NCBI GenBank assembly: GCA_050230475.1
Contig: JBFLGF010000186.1
Location: 1-58,000, forward strand
Direction of reading: 5' to 3'
Origin: Ancylonema sp.
Taxonomy: Eukaryota
Length of the DNA stretch: 58,000 nt
Numbering within the stretch: position 1 is the stretch's first letter; each line of letters starts with the position of its first letter. A program made the position numbers and the translations under genes. Shown one piece after another: positions 24,928 through 37,690 of the stretch. The notes beneath the pieces are model-generated. The model did no database searches, had not been told where the DNA came from, and saw nothing but the letters and a program-made list of their open reading frames with translations.

Positions 24928-27546
24928 TGTGAGGACCCTCGCTACAGTCACTAGGGCTCCTTAGCGAGGTCCCCACACTTAGCGCTAGAGCGCTACTAGC
25001 TCAGTTTCCTCTTTAGCGAGTTCTGTCCCTATAGAGTGGGAGTTGTGTCCCTAGCGGCCGCCTGGCCCATAGGGAGTATTCTGGTGTGTCCTTAGCTCAG
25101 GCAGTTGTGCCGTTAGCCAGACTTGATGTGTCCTTATCATATTAGTGTGAGTTATCCCACTTGTAGTCGGTTCAGACTAGCCAGTTCCTATATCTAGTCG
25201 ATAGGAATGCCTTTGAGCATTCCTATCAACTCATAGTACTTGCACTCCCTCACCACCATTTCCCATCGGCTCCCGATTATATCACCACCATTTCCATCGG
25301 CTCATGCCATCTCGTCCTATCCGGAATTTCGCCATCTTTCCGCTTGTGTGCATATTGCAACTTGCTTGCTAGGGACGCCTTTTGCATCCGTTCCTAACAC
25401 TTTGATAGGAATTTTTGAAGTTTTTTTTTTAAGATATCCTGAATCTGAACTTCATTCAGCCGCCTCCCTTTTTTCATCTCCTACCTATTCAACTATGTCT
25501 TCTCCCAATTTAGAGGAAATGATGGCAGTTTTACGTCAGATGCAACATTCTCAAGATGAAAAATTCAGAGTTTTGGCGGAGGAAAATAGAGACATTGAAG
25601 GCAAATTTACAAAACTTTCGGACCAGTTTGCTTATGAATCAAATTACATGGCTTCTGCAAGCAATCCAGCCGCTTCAGAATACCAGCCTATCCCTACACT
25701 CAAAGACCTGGTTTTCCATCTGGCCCTCCTACATTTAATGGGACCTCTAAAGATGTCGCTACATTCTGCCACCGGGTCCGTTCTATGCTCAGGCTGGCAC
25801 CTAAGCGGTTCCACAATCCTGTTCAGACCGTCCACTACCTGACCACTCTACTAATTTCTAACTACCTCGACGACAACGGAGACCTCCCGGACGGTTTTGG
25901 CGCAGTTCAACTGTTGAAGGATCTCCAGGACTGTTTCGGGGAGGGCGACACTCGACTCACCAAGGAACGACACCTGCGCGAACTCAGACAAACCGGTTTA
26001 GTGTCACACTTCACTGTCCAGTTCAGGGCTATTGTTAAGACCTTCCCCCCCTGGCCTGACCACCCTAGCATCTATACCTGTTCGAGAAGCTTAAACCGGA
26101 GCTCCGTCGAGAAATTCTCGAAGTGGAGGACCATCCTGAAACCTTTTCACCGTACGTTACCTTTGTCAAGAAGGTGGAGAACAGCATGGCTGCCAGCAGT
26201 CCCGACCGACCCTCCAAACCTGCACCCCTTCCCCCTCCCTATACCCAGCCCAAACCTGCAATTTTGAACGCTGTGCGACTCCCTCCAGACCCCGCCCTGT
26301 TAGCCAAGCTCCCTCCCGAGTACCACGACTTCGCAGATGTGTTCTCCGAGGAGGTTGCAAACACCCTTCCCCCCCACCAGTCCTACGACTTACAGACCCC
26401 CCTCCTACCAAGCAAGGAACCCCCCTGGGGGCCGATATATACCTTGTCGGAGCCGGAGCTGGCCACTCTCAAAACGTACATCACGGACAACTTGGCGAAT
26501 GGCTTCATCTCGCCGTCCACCAGCCCGGGTGGAGCACCGGTTATGTTCATCAAAAAGCCCGATGGCAAACTCAGGTTGTGCGTGGACTACCGCCAGCTCA
26601 ATGCAGTCACGGTGAAGAATCGCTGCCCTTTACCCCTCATACCTCAGCTGCTGGACCGCCTCAACTCCGCCACGATCTTCACCGAAATAGACTTACGCAA
26701 CGCTTATCACCAGCTGCGCGTCAAAGAGGGGGATGAGTACAAGACTGCATTCCGCTGCCGCTACGGCCACTACGAGTACGAGGTCTGCCCTTTCGGGCCT
26801 CCCAATGCTCCGGCAGCCTTTCAGTCCATCATTAACGACGTGTTTCGCGAGCCTCTCGACGTCTTCTTAGCAAATCTCCTCGATGACATGTTCATCTACT
26901 CCCCCTCCCCTGCCGAACATGTACCCCACGTCCGTGCTATCCTGGCAATTGTACGCGAGAACAACCTCTATGCTAAGATCGAGAAGTGTCCTATTGACTT
27001 TCTCGGCTACCGGGTATCCCCAGCCGGCGTGGGTATGGATCCCGAGAAAGTGGCATCTCTCCTTGACTGACCCAAACCTGACTGGCCCAAACTCCAGTCA
27101 GTCAAGGAGGTCCAGTCCTTTCTCGGCTTCGCTAACTTCTCTACAAACGTTTCATTAACGGGTATTCTACGGTGGCGTGCCCCCTTACCTCATTGGACAA
27201 CTGATGTTAGAGGCGTCGGAAGGACGGGGCGGAGGAAGCTTTCCAATCCCTCATGGCCTTCACCTCAACTCCCGTCCTGCAACATTTCCAACCACTGCAG
27301 CCGCTTACCATCGAAGCAGACGCCTCGGACTTCGGCCTCGGCTGCGTTTTGTCGCAACCAGATCCCAGAGGCGAGCTCCACCCCGTACCATACTACTCCC
27401 GGAAGTTCATCCCAGCCGAACTCAACTATCTTATCTATGACAAAGTGCTGCTCGCCATCGTGGCTGCCTTTCGCCAGTGGCGAGTCTACCTGAAAGGCGC
27501 GGCCCACCCTATCGTCGTCTACACCGACAATAAGAACCTGGAGTAA
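24928..27546 (+). mobile_element. 3'-truncated Ty3/Gypsy retrotransposon (Tf1/Tcn1-like chromovirus type) nested in the Copia element: LTR 24928-25399, gag relic, RT, RNase H
   Basis: LTR termini tgtgagga..tcctaaca; RT FADVFS..LPPH..PWGPIY..SPGGAPVMFIKKPDGKLRLCVDYRQLN..DLRNAYHQLRV..KTAFRCRYGHYEY..PFG; RNase H EADASDFGLGCVLSQ..YYSRKF..ELNY; catalytic YLDD degenerated to LLDD. Confidence 0.9.
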
Positions 27547-29612
27547 ATCCGAAATCGAAACCACGTGACAAATATTCCTAAAACGCCAGTGAAAATGTGG
27601 ATTGGAACGACTCCAAATGTCAGTCATCTTCGCACGTATGGGTGCAAAGTGTATGTCAGAATGGAGAAACGAAATCGAGAAGGAAAAATGGCAGCACCAG
27701 CACGGGTGTGAGTGCTGGTTGGCTAGAATTTTGAGAGTCCTTGTCAGGGAGTTTGGGATCCAGCTACAAACAAGGTGCGTAACGTCGGTTACGCCCATGC
27801 TGACTTCGACGAATTTGATGGTGCTGGTTGGTGGAGAGGTCATAACATTGGCAAACAGGGAAAGCTATATGAAACAGATAGTGCTACACAACTGGAGTGG
27901 CCAGATCTTGAGTTGACAAAATCGATGCTAGCAAGTGATGCTAAGCTCGGAGGAGATGCTTGTGACGGTGGTGTTGTTGATCTTGACAACGGAACTTGGT
28001 TTTTGGTTGATAAAGCGGTTCCCGACGTTGTGGGAAGTCCCTTGCCATAGATTGGCAATCAAACCTCCAATTCCCTAGATTGACGATTCTTCTCAGCTAG
28101 AGAGTTATTCAAGCGGTCATGCCAGTGACCAAGATCTGCTGGAAGATGGTGCTAGGTGGTATCCACACGACGCCACTCCTGAAAATCATGTGCTAGGTCT
28201 TGCAAATGAGAAAATCAAAGCAGTTGTTCATGCAACACATAAATTTTTTCGACGCTCAGCACGAGAGAACACAGTTATCCCGACAAATTGATTTGTTGCA
28301 GCCTATGTGGCACGGCTTGTAGTCGACGCAAAAGCTCCTGAAACAATCAAAGAAGCTATAAACAGTCTAGAGAAAGTTAAGCGGCAAGGAGCAATGGATG
28401 TAGAGATGAGGAGTTCGGAGGAAAATGAGGTATTGCGTCTGGTCGGTAGGCCAAAGGGCAAGAAAGTGGTAAAATCTAAATGAGTGATTTAGATCAAAAG
28501 AAATGCAGATGGAACTGTTGAGAAGTACAAAGCCATAGTTGTTGCAAAGGGTTTTACTAAGGAAGAGGGCGAGTATTATGACCATACATTTTCTCCAACA
28601 GTTAGGTTTGAAATTATCCGTCAACTGGTTGACATGGGGGCCTCAAAGGGTTTACATATGCATCAAATGGATGTAACCACATCATTTCTATTGTGGAATA
28701 GATTTATATGGAGGCTCCAAATGGCACTTGCAAACCTGGAGAGAAAGGGAAAGTTTGGTTGCTGCTCACGTGTTTTTACGGTTTGAAGCAAGCACCGAGG
28801 GGATGAAACCAACACATTGACGATGTACTGAAAGAGATGGGATTTCGCCGTCTAGAGTCAGATTTTGGGTTGTATATTTTGGGTGAAGGCCCAGACGCTC
28901 TTTGTCTGGCTCTATATGTCGACGATTTGTTTCTTTTATGCATTGAGATCAAGAAGATTGGTGATGCGTATTCTGGACTTGGTAAGAGGTATAACATGAA
29001 GGACTTGGGAGAGGAAAAAATCCTCTTGGGGTTGGAATTTCGGAGGCACGCGAATGGAAATGTTTTCTTATGCGAGGAAAATTATGCACGAGAAGTCAAA
29101 AAAATAAAATGACAAATGTTGCAAATTTGACATGTCGGGGTGCAAATCAGCATGTCGGGGTGCATTCGGGGTTTGTTTATGTTGTTGGTATGGTTTGTTT
29201 TGGTATGTTTGTATGGTATTGTGAGGACGTTGGCAAGTAGGCTATCTTCATTAGATGCAGCGGGAATCGGGAATCAATGGTGACTCGAGGGTGCTAATTT
29301 AGGGAGACAATGAAAGTTCTTTGAGGTTGGCTGAAACCCCTGTCTTCCATAAACGATCAAAGCACATTGAAATCAAATATCATTCACTCAAGGAGAGGGT
29401 GGCAAAGTAGAAAAATGAGTTGAAGTTTGTGCGAAGTGAGGAGCAGGCAACTGATATGCTTACAAAGTTGTCTCAGTCAAAGTGTTGAAGACAAATTGTG
29501 CTCTTTTTGGTCTGGTGTATGAGAAGTAGAAGAATTGTAAAAAAAAACGATATCGGTGTTGATCGTTTTTGGAGGGGGAACCAAAAGAACACAAGGAGGG
29601 GGTGTTAGGGGG

Positions 29613-30017
29613 TGTTAGTTTTTAGGGCGTATGAACTTTTGTTATTATATCGATTTTAGGCTTTCTCAAAAGTTAAGTTTTAGTTTTTGTCGTTTTGTCG
29701 GTTCCGGCCGAATTACTTGTCGATATGATTACGTTTGGCCACTTGGCACAATGTCGATAAGAATAGGTGACTTGGCACAATGCTAAAATATGATTGGTAT
29801 TGACTACATAGTTTCGATGTCTCTCGATCTTTGACTAGGAGGTGTCATGGATCACACTCGATTGTACATAGTCTGGGCTTGCATGCAAATTTTTGTAATC
29901 AATCAATCTATCTCAATCTTGCACTTTTGTTTTGTGAGTGTGTAACGTTGTAAATGTTTGCTTCAAGAGTGTGAAGACCGTTACTTCTTGCACCGATGGC
30001 AGAAGATAGCAGCAACA
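29613..30017 (+). repeat. Copia 3' LTR
   Basis: Direct repeat of the 5' LTR, preceded by a polypurine tract. Confidence 0.9.
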
Positions 30018-30205
30018 TTTTTCTAGTCTTGGACGAACCGGTCCAAAAAAAAAATTCACAATCCGTGGCCGCAGGCATGTAAATAAATGTTGTGTCTACG
30101 CGTACAACTTAGGCATACATCACATACACACGCGAATGCACACACTTATGCAAATGCACGCGAATGCACGACACCACACACGACTACATACCCACACATC
30201 ACCTA

Positions 30206-31480
30206 CCGTACTAGCCATACATAATGACCCGGGGGGGAAAAAAAAACAATTATTTTTTGTAGTGACCCACCAACTTCACCTAGGAAAAATATATTTATTA
30301 TCCCCTGACCCAAAATTATGACCCGGGTAAAAAATATTCATTCTACCGTGACCCGGCAAGTAAAATGACCCACCCCAAAACAAGGCGTCATTTTGCCGCA
30401 TCACTACCGTATGAATTGCGATACTACAAACCTTTAGGGGGTAACTTTCGGCCGTCATTTTTTTGTGTGTTTTTTTCGTTTTTTTTTTTTTTTTTGCACT
30501 ACACCGTTCACTTCACACAAAAAAATATCTTCATTTTTCCTTAATCTCACGAAAAAATATATTCGCCGTTCATCCGTTGACCTTACACTAAAAAATCCGT
30601 TCACTTTCCTTCATCTCAAATTGATTTTCCGTTCATCCGTTCACTTTACACTAAAAATTCTGTTCACTTTCCTTTATCTCAAATTTATTCGCCGTTCATC
30701 CGTTTACTTCACAATAAAAATTCAGTTCACTTTCCTTCATCTCTAATTTAATCGCCGTTCATCCGTTCACTCTACACTAAAAAGCCCGTTCACTTCTCAA
30801 TTTTTTTCGCCGTTCATCCGTTTACTTTCGTTCAAAAGCCACATCTCGGTGCGGTGCGTTGTCGGCTCTAGCTTGCGGCCCTGCAGACCGCAATAGACTG
30901 TGAGACTTGAACACACACTAGTAGTTCACAACTGTATTTTTACACTTTGTCGTTGATCGTCATGAAAAGATGTCCGTTATACAAATGTAATATGAGAGAC
31001 CCCGAAGAGATGAAGGCGAACACTTTGAAAGTAGAAAGTGATTGTGTGGAGACATCCGCACGCTTTCTGTTATTCGATTTTTCCACACTTTTCGGGATTT
31101 TGAAAGGTGTATTGCGGTTTCAAGATTCTGAAAAGTCTATGTTGTTTATCATGTTGGCTTGTGCATGGTGCAAAAGTAAAAGAAAAATGAACACCTTCAT
31201 TATTCCCTGACTTGTCCATCCCCCCCCTAAATTTGCGAAAAGGAAATGAATGACGATCGATTAGGTTGCTACTTGACCACAATTGGTCTTGGGCGACCGG
31301 GATCCAACCACATATGTATTTTGAGCAAAAAGCCGAGTAATATCGATTTTATGATGTTGAACCACTACGCCGGATTTCGGAATTTATGGCGTGACCCAAC
31401 CCCCGAAAATGAATTATTTAATTTCACCCGACCCGCACTTTAAAAAAATATTTGCGGGTCATTATGTATGGCCACTACGG
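30206..31480. mobile_element. Non-autonomous TIR DNA transposon (TA TSD, CCGTA termini; Tc1/mariner superfamily likely)
   Basis: TIR ccgtactagccatacataatgacccg versus reverse-complemented end ccgtagtggccatacataatgacccg; flanked by TA on both sides; no transposase ORF. Confidence 0.85.
30500..30830. repeat. ~63-bp minisatellite (~5 units) inside the TIR element
   Basis: ccgttcatccgtt recurs at 30566, 30629, 30692, 30755 and 30810. Confidence 0.85.
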
Positions 31481-32753
31481 TATATAATTTTCCTTCGGAT
31501 CTCATTGAAGAAGAAATGTGTATGTACAAGCCTAAAGAAGCTTCGAGCGCGCTAAGCACATGTGAGGCATGCGGAAGTCCCATGCCCACCATAAAGTATC
31601 CACCCTCCGAAAAAAGCATCTTTTGGCGTGCTCAATGGTGAGGCTGGGCAACTTGGATTTTTGCAAGCCGAATAACCAGTCCGTGGTAGGTTGCTCACCG
31701 CAATTACCAAGCCAAGGTAGTGGGAAATAGGGAATTTGCCCAACTGTTGGACTAGGTGGGCAGTGGAACATTAGGAAAGCGGGTTGGTAGTTCCAGATGT
31801 GGCTAGATAGGAAGACATTTAAAATAAAGTCGTGAGACGATATGACTTTGTTCGCTAATCAATATCCTTAGAGAAAGCTCCGATTGATCCATCCTACCAA
31901 TTCCAGCAAGTTTTTTTGTTTTGTCGGTTTTAGCTCTCTTAAATTGGCAATAGTTTCATTATTTTACCTCGGTCGAAGCATTAACATATGTGTCATATTT
32001 CGGCCCTTCTTTCATCGTGTGTGGTAAGTGTGGAAGTAGTCCGAACACAAAGAAATGACACAAAGAAATGCCAAATTTCAGTTACAGTGGAAGTGATCTT
32101 GGTTTTTGCATTTATGGAGAACCAGCAGAACGATGGACCATGGAAGACCGTTCATCATGAATGGCATCACATTTGGGTACATTATGTGCACAAAGCTCCT
32201 TGAAATGTCCAAAGTGTTGAGGCAAATTGCCATGTCGACCTGCATTTGCCTACATGGGTACAAGAGGAATTGTTACTTACACGTCCTCACTAAGTAGGTT
32301 TGCAAGAAATCCGCCCACGCCCTGCCCGCAAAAACATATAAAGCTCCGGAAAGTTACTAAACTACGTTAAATTAGAGTGAGTTGATTAGCCATCACACTT
32401 TCTCTCCCTACCTAAGCGCCATGAGAAAAAAACGTCAGTTATATGCAAGGTTAAGGTCGAACTGCATCCATAAATGCATCACTGAATGACCTTTACAAGG
32501 TGTGGCAAAGGAGCTAGTCGTTTGTCATAGACATGGATAATTTTCTTATAAGAAGTCAAATTCTCCAAGGTCTGCAATGCAGCCTTACCCCTTCACGTGT
32601 GACATTCGACCTGAACACTTGCACGCAAACGCTTGCCTCTTGGTGCGCCGCAATGTGCGAGTCACATGTGCCGATGGAATAGTTTGTTGAAAATAAATGT
32701 CACATCATGGCTCATTAATCCTCGCAAAGCACACCATCGCTCATGAAGTCTAT

Positions 32754-34888
32754 TTAGCTTTCTTCTTTGATAGCTATCGTATTTACAACCAAGATTTGGG
32801 ATGCCTCCACCTCCGTTGTCTTCACGCTTGACGTGGCCGCGTCCACCTTCATGCTCCTGGACGTGGAAACACTCATCTCTTGTGCCGATATCTGAATCGC
32901 AGTGGATGAAATTGAGTCGTTCCTTTCCATCTTCACCTCGACTATTGTCTTGTCATGACCCCACTCATCTGCCACGTCGCCCTCCATCAGCATCACCTCA
33001 TCGGCAAGAGTCGGCAGCCTTGCGTCTTCCTCACCAATAGTGGGTGGAGGAAGCAAGTCGAACTTCACAATAGTTACATTTTGCCCCATCTTCGTTCGCC
33101 TTTTTCTCACGATGGCACTTGGCGGCGATTCCGCCATGGCAGAAGGGCAAAAGTGTTTTTCTGCCAACCGACACTCCCCACACTTGGGGCGGAGGGGGGT
33201 GCAAATGGTTTGGCCAAACCCGACCTACAGCCACGATGCGGAACGAGGATTAGCAGGCGACCCTCCGTTGAACCATGCTGTGTGGTGCGCTCTACCAATC
33301 AATGATCCTTACCATGAGGGGGTTAATGGCCACCCACTCAGAGACGGGCAACCACGCTTGCAGAGCGCCACGTGTCGCCTCCGCATCCTGTGTGCCCTCC
33401 ACCCACAGAAGGCGGTTGCTGATGCGATGCACGTGTGTGTCCACACAAATGCCCACACTCGACTCCCACGCCACGTTCATGACCTGACAGCAGACATACA
33501 GACAGGACGCCGTGATGATTCATACCCTCACTCATGCGAATCCGTGTCGTTGAAAGAGAGGGGAGGGTACACTCTGCACCAAATATCTTATTTGGTGCCA
33601 AGATTTGGACAGATTGCATGATTTGCCAGGTTTGGACTAGTTTCCCCTCCTCAATCTATCCTTCCCCACATCTCCTTGGACTGAACTCTCTCTCTGAGAT
33701 TGTGCCCTCAGGGTGAGTGATCCAGTGGTGGAGGCGTTCCCTACCAGATGCGCCATTTTGGGCCCCACTCCTGGCAGCTCCATCAGCTTCTCCACGTTGG
33801 AGGGGATGTCGCCAAAGTAGGAGTGGAAACAAACGAGTGCCGCCTTCTTCAAATACCCTGCCTTGCGGGTGTAGAATCCGACCTGAGAGTGAACCCAGTC
33901 CCAGCCTGTGAACCAGCTACAGGAAGACGTCACACTGCAACACTGGTCGATCTGATCATGGTGTGATGGCTTACTGGGTACAACACGGTGCTGAGGTGGT
34001 GCTCCTCCACACCCATCATCGCTCCTACCGACAACAGCCCAGCCTCCTGAAGACGACCTATGGCAGCTGACAAAACAAAAAAGGAAACAAAGAAAGGAAA
34101 ACAATGGCAATTGACATAGAATCATAAGAGGAATGCAAAAAAAAAAGTGAAGAGAAAGTCTTTTCCTCCTATTTTGGACTTCTGTCACTGGTTTCAAAGG
34201 TTCACTTCACATATCCAAGGACCTTTCTACCCTCCCCCCCACCATTTTTACGACTTCTGAGGCGCAAACTTGTGAGGTGTACAATCGGCCTCTGCCGTTT
34301 AACACAAGTAGTTGGTGTCAAATGGATCCATTGTCAGGAATGGCAGTTTCATCAACATTAACTCCTAAGTATTCCCCCCTTGGTTTTATGTTACCACACC
34401 GTGGGTGACTTGGTCTTTGGTTTGCGATGAAAGCATCGCCGACACGAGAACGGCAAAGCGCCGATCCTGAACGCAGAACCCCATTAGAACTGGTCTCAGT
34501 ATGCGAATGGGGATCGCCTTTGAGCCTTGTCGTGGTTCTCACCTTTGGCGGCAAACCACTCCCAGCTTGATCGCAGCCCATAGTGTCCACTGGCGCCACT
34601 TGGCGTGCTCTCATTTGCCGGATTTCCTTCAAGACTCGCTCCCAGTTGGGGGGAGGGGCTGCAGACCACCACAAGTTGAATTATAGGGAAACCCAGTTCG
34701 TAGTACTGCTCGACGAATTGTGACTGCCTAGACAACACATGGGCAGGTTAGAAAGAGGTACCTGTGTCAAATGTGAGGGCTCTCCTTGTTTTCCTCTTCT
34801 TTGGCACAGGGACTGCCACCTGTCCTGCTGGCGTTGTGAGTTGGCAGTCCAGTAGCCCTTGGGAAGCTTGGCCTTGCGGGGAGGGAGT
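32754..34888 (-). CDS. NTH1: Endonuclease III homolog (HhH-GPD DNA glycosylase/AP lyase); start exon not found nearby
   Basis: Spliced exons give [39 protein letters not shown], Hh[12 protein letters not shown] (catalytic Lys), [15 protein letters not shown] (catalytic Asp), [17 protein letters not shown]...C (4Fe-4S). Confidence 0.92.
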
Positions 34889-35339
34889 CTGCCACCGCCC
34901 TCAAACGGTACCGCGAAGGTCCTGTGACTCGTGCATACACACACACATGGATGAAGTTGTATGTGGTACGTAGATGTATAAATACACACACACAGACATG
35001 ATTACGTACTCACATGCGTGATATTAGTATGTATAAACATATATTTTGTTGATACATCTGTAGGCAGTGTATATGCATGTACACAATTCCATGTTTTTGG
35101 TGTATCAGTATACATATTGATACATTTACTTCAATTTTACGATTAAACCAAATTCAATATCTTAGTAAGGTACTTTTGCCCAAAATGGAAAAAATACACC
35201 CGACCCATTCTCCCTCAACAACATGCATTAATATAACATATTAACATATATTACTTATGATGTTTGCCAGGCACTTGAAGGAAACCATATGCGCAACAGC
35301 GCAACAGCGCAGGCAACTGCGCTTCCATATTCTCTGATG

Positions 35340-37690
35340 CTGAAAAGGCAATCTGGATCCATATGGATCCATCATCGCACCTCCATGGCCTTTTCAAGTG
35401 TTTCGTATACAGGAGTGATGTACCGGCGCCTCTTGGTAGTTTCTGTGCATCCAAAGGGAAGAAGATGTATAAGTATTTCGGTAGGTCGTCGTTGATAAAA
35501 TGCCGGCAGATCAGTGATGTTTTTTGCCACCGGAAGTTTGAGCCTCCTGATCTTGAGTATGTATTGTGATGCAGAGAGATCCGATAGACTCATCCAGATT
35601 CCGTCACGTGGCCTGAAGATGTCAGCGGCAGCGTGGAGTTGCGACTTCAAAGGCGCAACTTCATCGTCCTACATTTCTTGATTTTTCATAGATTCTCATG
35701 GGCAATCTGTCCTTTATATTCATATACGATGTTCATCCAACGGCGACGAGCGAAACAAACCTGGGACTGGATCAGGACATGCTTCGATCCCAGGTTTCAC
35801 GCTCCTGCCTGTGGCAATCGATTGTTTCCCAAAAGCACTGGCGGTCTCGGGCTGGAGAAATTGCATGGGGAGAGGTCTATGCCTCAGGGAGTACGAATGC
35901 ACTGGTTCCATGCCCTTCGACCAAATCATCGCATGTATGGCGGGGAGAACGCAACCTAAACTGGTGACACGATAAATCTGCAGCGACGTCGGCACCTTCG
36001 ATGTGGTCCAGCGGATTAAAAGATCAGACGAGCATCTCATCAGGGCTCGTCGAGAAACACGGTGCGCCATCACGCCTAGTGTTGGGGGCTACCCGCCACC
36101 CACCCCACCCTGAGCACTTTGGCGGGTGCTGTAGTGCCCACCGCCCATCCGCTCTCCACCCGCCTTCCACCCGCCCCACCCGCGATGCACCCGCCGACCC
36201 GCCAGAAATGGCGGGTGGACGGGTTAAATGGACATTTTGAGTATGAAAACTTTTAGAAAACAAAATACAAATGCATATTAAGTCTTATTCAACATATAAA
36301 ATTAGAAGAGATGTCCAATTTCTCGGATTTCGGACAATTTGCTCCATATCTTCATTGTACATGGCATTTTGCTTACTCCGTTCAGGTTGTTTTTCGGGTT
36401 GTTCCATCAAATTATGCTTATTTTGCACGTGTTACAATTGGGTCAACTGTAGGTGTTCCCCATGAAGACGGAGTAACTGCCGTGATGGAGACAAGGGAGT
36501 TCATCGCGTCGCGACTCGACGAAGTGGTGCGAATGTTGGAGGAGAAGTACGGAGTTCAAGTGCTCGCAGTGACTTCGGATGCGGCCGCGAATGCAAGTTG
36601 GGCAGGAAGATTGCGTTGAAGTATCGGAAGGACATTCTTTCTTTGGATTGCGCTACCCATTTGGTGGCGCTGATCACATGATATTTTTTAAAGGTGGGTG
36701 TGACAATGTATTTAAATATGAATATTTAAATCATAAAAGTTTGCCAGTTCTTATATCATATACATATATGGTTCATATATAATGACGGCTCATCATTCTG
36801 ACAAGTTGAGCACGTGTGCACCGCGGCGATCGAGAAGGCGACAAATATCATCGACTAGGTTCATGAGTCACTCGCTTGCAAACGAGATGAAGGCGAAGGA
36901 TGACATCACTGAACAGAGTCGCTTTCTTGGTGCTCCCTGTGTCCAATCGTTGCAGTTTCATGACGGATGCAATCTGTGCACTTCTGCTTTTTAGGTGGAT
37001 TCCTTTGGTTTTTTTTGGTATAGTTTATTGTTTTGTGTTGTACTCTATGTAGGTGGAGTTGGCATTGCACTCACTCGTAGTGGAGGAGGGCGACGCCTTT
37101 TTGAGATCTCCATCAACACCGGCTCTGAAGGAGAAAGTGAGGAGTCTGAAGGAGAAAGTGAGGAGTTTGATCATTTGAGCCCTACTAAAAATTGGTGAGC
37201 TAGTGATATTTACTTTCTACAGATTTCAGCATCACCGGGAGTTTGTAACGTGCGGTGGGTGTGGTGGTGCAAGTTGCAATGGTTGTGGTGCCACTGAAGG
37301 TGGTCAATATCATTCCGGAATTTGATAAGGCGACGCTGGGGGACGTCGTCAAGCGCATTTGCCAACTGTTCATGCATTTTGGTAATGTGGAGGATGAGGA
37401 GGTGAAGAACCTCATGCAAAAGTCAATCGAGATTTGTACCCACTTGTTTCAGCTCATGGTGCCTCACTTGTGTTTTTCGTCTCGTTTCGCCAACCCACTG
37501 TCATTGAAATATTTACCAGCTCGGTGGAAGAAGATGGATCAGGAAGTGCTCGTCATAGCATACGTGTTATAACTAACATTCAGTGTGGAGGGCTTGACTC
37601 CGAGGGCAATCAGATGTGTATATCTGATGATCTGGTGAAGGAAATGTGTGAGAAAGCAAAATCAGCAGATTCGGTGCTTGTATAATGAAA
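35340..37690 (+). pseudogene. Decayed hAT (DUF659-type) transposase
   Basis: Fragments VLAVTSDAAANA, LSLDCATH, VPLKVVNII..DKATLGDV and RWKKMDQEVLVIAYVL match hAT RNase-H-like motifs; interrupted by stops and frameshifts; an ACCCG-rich hAT-like end segment lies at ~36076-36230. Confidence 0.6.

Larger units (their letters stand above)
23207..30017 (+). mobile_element. Decayed Ty1/Copia LTR retrotransposon with nested insertions
   Basis: Paired TG..CA LTRs; degenerate iMet PBS (gtgctatcaaagc, 23865-23877); gag zinc-knuckle relic CYTCGK at ~24631; integrase C-terminus TPVKMWIGTTPNVSHLRTYGC; RT LALYVDD; RNase H KHIEIKYH; PPT aaggaggggg; near-TSD ttttc/ttttt; many stops and frameshifts. Confidence 0.92.

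Noticed and set aside
30500..30830. CRISPR-like periodic array
   Set aside because: Whole units repeat with no unique spacers, the context is eukaryotic and there are no cas genes; it is a minisatellite.
31500..32700. Short ORFs between the TIR element and NTH1
   Set aside because: No consistent splice model or recognisable domain; probably UTR or intergenic.
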